Shown here: positions 56,389-64,000 of the stretch, piece after piece
Position numbering within the stretch: position 1 is the first letter of the stretch
How the letters are laid out: each line of letters begins with the position of its first letter
Made by a program: the position numbers and the translations under genes
The notes under the pieces: generated by a model
Seen by the model: the letters and a program-made list of their open reading frames with translations, nothing else
What the model was told of the DNA's origin: nothing
Database searches by the model: none
Assembly: GCF_003018115.1 (NCBI RefSeq)
Contig: NZ_CP027457.1
Length of the DNA: 64,000 bases
Direction: 5' to 3' (one strand)
Origin: Escherichia coli
GTDB lineage: Bacteria; Pseudomonadota; Gammaproteobacteria; Enterobacterales; Enterobacteriaceae

Positions 56389-57312
56389 TCAGAACGGCAT
56401 TGATTTTCGAATAGCGTTAATCATCAACTGGCAACCAGAAGAGAACGTCGCATCTACGCGGGTCAGTATTCCAATCGGTTCGCCTGCACCATGTCCCGGA
56501 ACAGGCAGGGCCACCAGCGTGGCATGACGCAGGTCGTCTTTTACCGCGCCAGAAGGGACAAACCACACGTAGTCGTATTCAACCGTAAGTTGACGAGATA
56601 GCGAAGCAGACAGCGTTTCGATACAACCCGAAGGAATTTTACAGCCCTGGCTCTGCACTAATGCATCTGAATGCTGGCGTGGCGCAGTGCCTTCTGGCGA
56701 TACAACGACCGGCCATTCCAGCACCCGGCTTAGCGTTACGTTCTCCTGAAGTAGCGGGTGATTAGGGCGGACAACCAGCTTCAGCGATTCAAGAAACAGC
56801 AGTTCGTAATTAAGCCCGGTCATCAGTTCAGGATCTGACATCCGACCAATGCCGATATCGATTTCCCCGGTTTTTAAACCCGCCAGAATCATAGGGTTAC
56901 TCATTGTCGCAACTTGCAAGGTCGTCTCTTTTTGTTGCTGATGAAACTGACCTATAACCGAAGGTAATATCCCCAGTGCCGCAGTAGGTAGTGCACCAAC
57001 CCTGACGACATCATTATTAAGACCTTCTTTACGATGAAGCGACTGTCCGGCAGTGTTGATGGCGTCAAGAACTCTGACTGCATGCGTTAAAAATTGTTCG
57101 CCGGGTAAGGTAAGTTGCGCCCCCTGACGGCCACGCTCAAACAAGCGAGCGCCAGTCAGCTGCTCCAGTTCATTCAATGTCTTAGAGAGCGCAGGTTGAC
57201 TCAAATTAAGGGTTTCAGCCGCGCGCCCCAAAGTTCCTTGTTGTGCGACAGCTACGAATGTATGAAGGTGGCGCAAACGGATGCGCTGACTAAACAGACT
57301 ATTTTTTTCCAT
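56389..57312 (-). CDS. ydcI: LysR-type transcriptional regulator YdcI
   Basis: 307-aa form starting MEKNSLFSQRIRLRHLHTFVAVAQQG with LysR HTH (NLSQPALSKTLNELE); track ORF has an unlikely 47-codon upstream extension. Confidence 0.85.
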   Translation of the reverse strand: MEKNSLFSQRIRLRHLHTFVAVAQQGTLGRAAETLNLSQPALSKTLNELEQLTGARLFERGRQGAQLTLPGEQFLTHAVRVLDAINTAGQSLHRKEGLNNDVVRVGALPTAALGILPSVIGQFHQQQKETTLQVATMSNPMILAGLKTGEIDIGIGRMSDPELMTGLNYELLFLESLKLVVRPNHPLLQENVTLSRVLEWPVVVSPEGTAPRQHSDALVQSQGCKIPSGCIETLSASLSRQLTVEYDYVWFVPSGAVKDDLRHATLVALPVPGHGAGEPIGILTRVDATFSSGCQLMINAIRKSMPF

Positions 57313-57528
57313 AAGCGATGTTAAAAACGAAGCGGTGTCGCTGACAAGTGAAGTTGTTTGATTATGATAACTTGATTGCAAAATATTATTAACAATTAAA
57401 GCAATTATGTTACAGCAAAATGGATAATATTGATGTTTTCGCGGCGAGATCACAGTTTGTAAATTCTTCCCGCCAGAGTGAATGCGGTTACCTACACTCC
57501 AGATTACTGACCACTGGAGGCAGACACT

Positions 57529-58550
57529 ATGGCGAACAGCATCACGGCGGATGAGATTCGGGAACAGTTTTCGCAGGCAATGTCAGCCATGTACCAGCAA
57601 GAAGTTCCGCAATATGGCACGCTGCTGGAACTGGTAGCTGATGTGAATCTGGCTGTGCTGGAAAACAATCCTCAACTGCACGAAAAAATGGTAAATGCAG
57701 ACGAGCTGGCGCGACTGAATGTTGAACGTCATGGGGCGATTCGTGTTGGGACTGCACAAGAGCTTGCTACTCTTCGGCGGATGTTTGCCATTATGGGGAT
57801 GTACCCGGTGAGCTATTACGATCTCTCGCAGGCGGGGGTGCCGGTACATTCGACAGCATTTCGGCCCATTGATGATCCTTCTCTGGCGCGTAATCCCTTC
57901 CGCGTTTTTACCTCGTTACTCCGCCTTGAGCTTATCGAGAACGAAATTTTGCGCCAGAAAGCGGCGGAGATTCTGCGTCAGCGCGATATCTTCACCCCAC
58001 GTTGTCGACAACTGTTAGAGGAATATGAGCAGCAGGGCGGTTTTAACGAAACACAGGCACAGGAGTTTGTGCAGGAAGCCCTGGAAACGTTTCGCTGGCA
58101 CCAGTCAGCAACGGTAGATGAAGAAACCTATCGCGCCTTGCACAACGAACATCGGTTGATTGCTGATGTGGTCTGTTTTCCTGGATGCCATATCAACCAC
58201 CTGACGCCACGTACGCTGGATATTGACCGGGTGCAGTCGATGCATGGTTCCGGTACCGTCTGACGCCTTCGGGTGAGGCGCATCGTCAGGCGATTCATCC
58301 TGGAGACGATCCACAGCCCTTAATTGAACGTGGTTGGGTAATGGCGCAACCCATCACCTATGAAGATTTCTTGCCCGTTAGCGCGGCGGGGATCTTCCAG
58401 TCAAATCTGGGTAATGAAACGCAGGCACGCAGCCACGGTAATGCCAGTCGCGAAGCATTTGAGCAGGCGTTGGGTTGTCCGGTTTTGGATGAGTTCCAGC
58501 TTTATCAGGAAGCGGAAGAACGCAGTAAACGTCGCTGTGGTTTGCTTTAA
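57529..58550 (+). pseudogene. ydcJ: ydcJ (DUF1338) disrupted: 244-aa N-terminal ORF, frame change, then ~100 aa C-terminal frame
   Basis: ORF 57529-58263 ends ...RVQSMHGSGTV; coding continues in another frame from about 58227 (...AVDAWFRYRLTPSGEAHRQAIHPGDD...) to 58550; total span 1022 nt versus 1344 nt expected for the 447-aa K-12 protein (from memory). Confidence 0.55.
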
Positions 58551-58774
58551 ATTCTGACCATCCGCCTTTGCAAAAATTTGCCTGATTTTACAAACGAATC
58601 AGGCTCATCCCATCGACATAAAAAAAATGCCGATTTATGCATATTCTCTCAGTTCAACAATTGGATTATTAATAAATATTGTCTAGAGTGAGCGGTCATA
58701 AATAAGCACTTTCTTGCCGCTGAAAACGACCAGCGCGGGACCATTCACAACACCAGAAGGACTCACTTTCAGGT

Positions 58775-60430
58775 ATGGATCGTAGACGATTTATTAAAGG
58801 TTCAATGGCTATGGCCGCCGTGTGCGGTACCAGCGGCATTGCTTCTCTTTTTTCTCAGGCGGCATTCGCGGCAGATTCTGATATTGCCGACGGACAAACC
58901 CAGCGTTTTGACTTCTCCATTCTACAGTCAATGGCGCATGACTTAGCGCAAACAGCGTGGCGTGGTGCGCCTCGTCCGTTACCTGACACGCTGGCGACAA
59001 TGACGCCGCAGGCTTATAACAGTATTCAATACGACGCCGAGAAATCGCTCTGGCATAACGTTGAGAACCGTCAACTGGACGCTCAGTTCTTCCATATGGG
59101 AATGGGATTCCGTCGCCGCGTTCGTATGTTTTCTGTAGATCCAGCAACACATCTGGCGCGTGAAATTCACTTTCGCCCGGAGTTGTTCAAATACAACGAT
59201 GCAGGTGTTGATACCAAACAATTAGAAGGGCAAAGCGATCTCGGCTTTGCCGGTTTTCGCGTGTTTAAAGCCCCCGAACTGGCGCGCCGTGATGTAGTAT
59301 CATTTCTCGGCGCGAGTTATTTCCGCGCCGTTGATGATACATATCAATACGGTTTGTCGGCCCGCGGCCTGGCGATCGACACTTACACCGACAGTAAAGA
59401 AGAGTTCCCCGACTTTACCGCCTTCTGGTTTGATACGGTAAAACCGGGGGCAACTACCTTTACCGTTTATGCGTTGCTCGATAGTGCCAGCATTACTGGT
59501 GCCTATAAGTTCACTATCCATTGTGAGAAAAGTCAGGTGATTATGGATGTGGAAAATCACCTGTATGCGCGCAAAGACATTAAACAGCTGGGCATTGCGC
59601 CGATGACCAGTATGTTCAGCTGCGGTACTAATGAACGTCGGATGTGCGACACCATTCATCCGCAAATTCATGACTCTGATCGTCTGTCCATGTGGCGGGG
59701 CAACGGCGAGTGGATTTGCCGTCCGCTGAATAATCCGCAAAAATTGCAGTTCAATGCTTACACCGACAACAACCCGAAAGGGTTTGGTTTATTGCAACTG
59801 GATCGTGATTTCTCCCATTATCAGGACATTATGGGCTGGTATAACAAACGCCCAAGTCTGTGGGTGGAACCGCGTAACAAGTGGGGTAAGGGCACCATCG
59901 GCCTGATGGAAATCCCAACAACGGGCGAAACGCTGGATAACATTGTCTGCTTCTGGCAGCCAGAAAAAGCTGTAAAGGCGGGTGATGAGTTTGCATTCCA
60001 GTATCGTCTGTACTGGAGTGCGCAACCGCCTGTTCATTGCCCATTAGCGCGCGTTATGGCGACGCGTACCGGCATGGGCGGTTTCCCGGAAGGTTGGGCA
60101 CCAGGTGAACACTATCCCGAAAAATGGGCGCGTCGTTTTGCCGTCGATTTCGTTGGTGGTGATCTGAAAGCTGCCGCACCAAAAGGCATTGAGCCGGTGA
60201 TTACGCTTTCCAGTGGGGAAGCGAAGCAAATCGAAATTCTCTATATTGAACCCATTGATGGTTATCGTATTCAGTTTGACTGGTATCCGACTTCGGACTC
60301 CACTGATCCGGTCGATATGCGGATGTATCTGCGTTGTCAGGGCGACGCTATCAGTGAAACATGGCTGTATCAGTATTTCCCGCCAGCGCCGGATAAACGT
60401 CAGTATGTTGACGACCGCGTGATGAGTTAA
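58775..60430 (+). CDS. opgD: Osmoregulated periplasmic glucan biosynthesis protein OpgD (MdoD), Tat-secreted
   Basis: 551-aa ORF with twin-arginine signal [32 protein letters not shown]. Confidence 0.9.
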   Translation: MDRRRFIKGSMAMAAVCGTSGIASLFSQAAFAADSDIADGQTQRFDFSILQSMAHDLAQTAWRGAPRPLPDTLATMTPQAYNSIQYDAEKSLWHNVENRQLDAQFFHMGMGFRRRVRMFSVDPATHLAREIHFRPELFKYNDAGVDTKQLEGQSDLGFAGFRVFKAPELARRDVVSFLGASYFRAVDDTYQYGLSARGLAIDTYTDSKEEFPDFTAFWFDTVKPGATTFTVYALLDSASITGAYKFTIHCEKSQVIMDVENHLYARKDIKQLGIAPMTSMFSCGTNERRMCDTIHPQIHDSDRLSMWRGNGEWICRPLNNPQKLQFNAYTDNNPKGFGLLQLDRDFSHYQDIMGWYNKRPSLWVEPRNKWGKGTIGLMEIPTTGETLDNIVCFWQPEKAVKAGDEFAFQYRLYWSAQPPVHCPLARVMATRTGMGGFPEGWAPGEHYPEKWARRFAVDFVGGDLKAAAPKGIEPVITLSSGEAKQIEILYIEPIDGYRIQFDWYPTSDSTDPVDMRMYLRCQGDAISETWLYQYFPPAPDKRQYVDDRVMS

Positions 60431-60569
60431 TCGTTTTTTCTTCGGCACCTTCTTCGGGAGGTGCCGTCTGGTTAAACACGATCCCGCTCGCATTTTTCCC
60501 TAAGTTAAATGAGTAATCTGATGGTGTGTATTTCAGATACACCTTGTCAGCCACTAACAGGGAGTGCGT

Positions 60570-60794
60570 ATGTTTCCAGAATATCGAGATTTAATATCCC
60601 GTCTGAAAAACGAAAATCCTCGCTTTATGTCCTTGTTCGATAAACACAATAAACTTGATCATGAAATTGCCAGAAAGGAAGGTTCCGACGGTCGAGGGTA
60701 CAATGCGGAAGTGGTCCGCATGAAAAAACAAAAGCTACAGTTAAAAGATGAGATGCTCAAAATCCTGCAGCAGGAGAGCGTCAAAGAGGTGTAA
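60570..60794 (+). CDS. ydcH: DUF465 small protein YdcH
   Basis: 74-aa form MFPEYRDLISRLKNENPRFMSLFDKHNKLDHEIARKEG...; followed by an intrinsic terminator (AAGCCGCC-AGCC-AGGCGGCTTTTTT). Confidence 0.85.
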   Translation: MFPEYRDLISRLKNENPRFMSLFDKHNKLDHEIARKEGSDGRGYNAEVVRMKKQKLQLKDEMLKILQQESVKEV

Positions 60795-60856
60795 ACTTTC
60801 CTAAGCCGCCAGCCAGGCGGCTTTTTTAACAACTGCATGGATTGACTGGAGATAAG

Positions 60857-61393
60857 ATGACTGAAACGATAAAAGTAAGCGAATCACTTGAATTACATGC
60901 TGTTGCAGAAAATCACGTCACTCCTCTTTATCAGTTAATCTGTAAAAATAAAACCTGGTTACAGCAGTCGCTAAACTGGCCGCAGTTCGTTCAGAGTGAA
61001 GAGGACACGCGAAAAACGGTGCAGGGTAATGTGATGTTGCATCAACGCGGCTATGCCAAAATGTTCATGATTTTCAAAGAAGATGAACTTATCGGCGTTA
61101 TCTCGTTTAATCGTATTGAACCACTGAATAAAACCGCTGAAATTGGCTACTGGCTGGACGAATCTCATCAGGGGCAGGGGATCATTTCTCAGGCGCTGCA
61201 GGCATTGATTCATCATTACGCCCAGTCTGGTGAACTTAGACGCTTCGTGATCAAATGTCGGGTGGACAATCCGCAAAGCAACCAGGTCGCTTTGCGCAAT
61301 GGTTTTATCCTTGAAGGTTGCCTGAAACAGGCTGAGTTCCTGAATGATGCCTATGATGATGTGAACTTATACGCGCGTATTATCGATTCATAA
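60857..61393 (+). CDS. rimL: Ribosomal protein L7/L12-serine N-acetyltransferase (GNAT)
   Basis: 179-aa form starting [25 protein letters not shown] fold. Confidence 0.85.
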   Translation: MTETIKVSESLELHAVAENHVTPLYQLICKNKTWLQQSLNWPQFVQSEEDTRKTVQGNVMLHQRGYAKMFMIFKEDELIGVISFNRIEPLNKTAEIGYWLDESHQGQGIISQALQALIHHYAQSGELRRFVIKCRVDNPQSNQVALRNGFILEGCLKQAEFLNDAYDDVNLYARIIDS

Positions 61394-62368
61394 TAACCCT
61401 GCCAGCGGCGTTCGCGTAATGCGCTCCTCGCCGTTAATGACTTTTGGACCACGGACATGAACCGTGTCGCCATCAAAGGCTTCAACGACGGCATGGTCGG
61501 TTAACTCCACATGGTTTTCAATTATCACCGCACCTGTAATACGGCTCTCACCTTGTATTACAACGTGCTCGTCGAGCAGAATCGGTCCACCACGTACCAC
61601 GGCATTTCCGCCAATCAAGACATGATGTTTTAACACACAATTACCTTCCACAATGGCATATTCCGCCACCTGCGAACTGTAATGAATCGTTGGAATGGCA
61701 TCTTCTTCTATGCCAGCTTTCACCTGCGCGTGACCGTAGACTTTAGCGCAATCGCATAGCCAGACGTTGTTCTCTTCATTACCTTCAATACTGGCAAAAT
61801 CAAAAACTTCGGCGCGATGTTCAATAAAAGCATACCGGATGACGGCATCGCCATAAATTTGTGCCTGGTGGACAATACGCGAGGCGCTAACCCTTGCGCG
61901 ATCATAAATTTGTAGCAGGAGTTGATGGTCAGGCGTTAAGCCTTGTGCTGCGACGATCATAGAATGTTGATTAATTAAGGCGTGACCAAATATTCTACAT
62001 TGCCCGCAAACCAGTGAGTCATGAATGGTGACACTGTCACTTATATATGCACCCTGGCTGATTTCACTATTATCGATCCAGACATTATCCGTTGCGTAAA
62101 CCTCTCCCCACAGTACGCTGGTGCCGGTGATGCGCGTATTACCGGAAATCACCGTTCCGCCGAACGCAATAGCATTCTGGTCGTAAATCCAGCAATTTCC
62201 TTCCTGTGCTAACACCGTTTCGCGATCGATCCAGCCGCCAGCGGTTCCTGCTATCACATCGTTAAAATCGCTAATGGCGATAATCTGCCGTAATAACACA
62301 TTTTTTTTAGTGCCATCTTCCTGATAACTAAAGGCTCGCTGTTCTTCACTTAGACGATATTTGCGCAT
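61388..62368 (-). CDS. ydcK: Hexapeptide-repeat (left-handed beta-helix) protein YdcK
   Basis: 326-aa ORF with repeated hexapeptide-like units. Confidence 0.85.
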
Positions 62369-62491
62369 AGCGTTTTCCCACAGGTGACTTACTATAACCG
62401 TAGCAAATTCTGCGGCTCTGGCTATGCTCGAGAAAATTCCATAAAATGCATTTCAAATATACTTTATAAATTAAACAAAATGAGTAAGAAG

Positions 62492-63484
62492 ATGCAGAGC
62501 GATAAAGTGCTCAATTTGCCGGCAGGCTACTTTGGTATTGTGTTGGGGACGATAGGGATGGGATTTGCCTGGCGCTATGCCAGCCAGGTTTGGCAGGTCA
62601 GCCACTGGTTAGGGGATGGGCTGGTGATTCTGGCGATGATCATCTGGGGATTATTGACTAGCGCATTTATTGCCCGACTCATACGCTTTCCGCATAGCGT
62701 GCTGGCGGAAGTTCGCCATCCAGTGCTGAGCAGTTTTGTGAGTTTGTTTCCGGCAACGACGATGCTGGTGGCGATTGGTTTTGTTCCGTGGTTTCGCCCA
62801 CTGGCGGTGTGCCTGTTCAGTTTTGGTGTCGTGGTTCAGTTGGCTTATGCCGCCTGGCAAACTGCGGGATTATGGCGCGGATCTCACCCTGAAGAAGCTA
62901 CCACGCCTGGACTGTATCTGCCGACAGTTGCCAACAACTTTATCAGCGCAATGGCCTGTGGTGCGTTGGGCTACACCGACGCCGGTCTGGTGTTTTTAGG
63001 CGCAGGCGTTTTCTCATGGCTAAGCCTTGAACCTGTGATCTTGCAGCGTCTGCGCAGTTCGGGAGAATTACCCACGGCACTGCGGACATCACTCGGCATT
63101 CAGCTCGCTCCTGCGCTGGTGGCCTGTAGTGCCTGGCTGAGCGTCAACGGCGGCGAGGGTGACACGCTGGCGAAAATGCTTTTCGGTTATGGGCTGCTGC
63201 AACTGCTGTTTATGCTACGTCTGATGCCATGGTATCTCTCCCAGCCATTTAATGCTTCATTCTGGAGTTTCTCGTTCGGCGTATCTGCACTGGCAACCAC
63301 CGGTTTGCATCTGGGGAGTGGCAGCGATAATGGATTTTTCCATACGCTGGCGGTGCCGCTGTTTATCTTTACCAATTTTATTATTGCAATACTGCTCATC
63401 CGTACTTTTGCGCTTCTGATGCAGGGAAAATTGTTAGTCAGAACTGAGCGCGCCGTTTTAATGAAAGCAGAGGACAAAGAATGA
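62492..63484 (+). CDS. tehA: Tellurite resistance / TDT-family membrane transporter TehA
   Basis: 330-aa form starting [31 protein letters not shown]; ten predicted TM helices; track ORF has a 36-codon upstream extension. Confidence 0.85.
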
Positions 63485-64000
63485 TCATTCGTGACGAAAA
63501 CTATTTTACTGATAAATATGAATTAACCCGCACACACTCTGAAGTACTGGAAGCGGTGAAAGTGGTTAAACCGGGTAAAACGCTGGATCTGGGCTGTGGC
63601 AATGGTCGTAACAGTCTTTACCTGGCAGCCAATGGTTATGATGTTGACGCATGGGATAAAAATGCCATGAGTATCGCCAACGTCGAGCGCATTAAATCTA
63701 TTGAAAATCTGGATAATTTACACACCCGGGTCGTTGATCTGAATAACCTCACATTTGATGGACAGTACGATTTTATTCTTTCGATTGTGGTACTGATGTT
63801 CCTTGAGGCTAAAACCATCCCAGGGCTGATTGCCAATATGCAACGTTGCACGAAACCTGGTGGTTACAACCTGATTGTGGCGGCGATGGATACCGCTGAT
63901 TATCCATGTACCGTCGGCTTCCCGTTTGCCTTCAAAGAGGGAGAATTACGTCGATATTACGAAGACTGGGAGATGGTGAAATACAATGAGGACGTCGGCG
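63481..64000 (+). CDS. tehB: Tellurite methyltransferase TehB (SAM-dependent), 3' end truncated by window
   Basis: ATG overlapping tehA stop; [55 protein letters not shown]... (SAM motif I LDLGCGNG); runs to window end. Confidence 0.85.

Noticed and set aside
58250-58256. KpnI site (GGTACC) at the ydcJ frameshift junction, and an XbaI site near 58683, as a possible engineered deletion scar
   Set aside because: Six-base sites occur by chance about every 4 kb; there is no vector, FRT/loxP or antibiotic-marker sequence, so a natural deletion or assembly error is more likely.

Overview
This window is an Escherichia coli chromosomal segment collinear with the K-12 map from abgA to tehB (roughly the 1.40-1.50 Mb region), read by eye from the sequence and the supplied ORF track. 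It holds about 55 protein-coding genes, including the complete phenylacetate catabolic cluster paaZ/paaABCDEFGHIJK/paaXY with the neighbouring tynA-feaB-feaR module. Three sRNA genes are recognisable by exact sequence (McaS, FnrS, MicC), and there is a hokB/mokB type I toxin locus. I found no rRNA, tRNA, CRISPR array, IS element or prophage. Relative to the K-12 reference as I recall it, the Rac prophage is absent between ttcA and uspF, the ydbA autotransporter with its IS2/IS30 is absent between paaY and ydbC, and gapC is intact. Three loci look lesioned: abgR (a +1 frameshift in a T-run), ydcJ (an internal deletion of about 322 bp with frameshift) and the ydbD/ynbA region. The most interesting stretch is 39.6-44.4 kb: a decayed signal-peptide ORF, then a 486-aa ORF joining a beta-helical repeat N-domain to a CdsA-like membrane domain (ynbB), then ynbC (hydrolase plus SAM methyltransferase) and ynbD (PAP2-like plus dual-specificity phosphatase). 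Together these look like an uncharacterised lipid head-group biosynthesis or remodelling operon. CDS coordinates follow the ORF track, with starts trimmed where I recognise the protein; coordinates of RNAs, hairpins and operators were counted by hand and may be off by 1-2 nt. All comparisons to K-12 lengths and gene order are from memory and need alignment to confirm.
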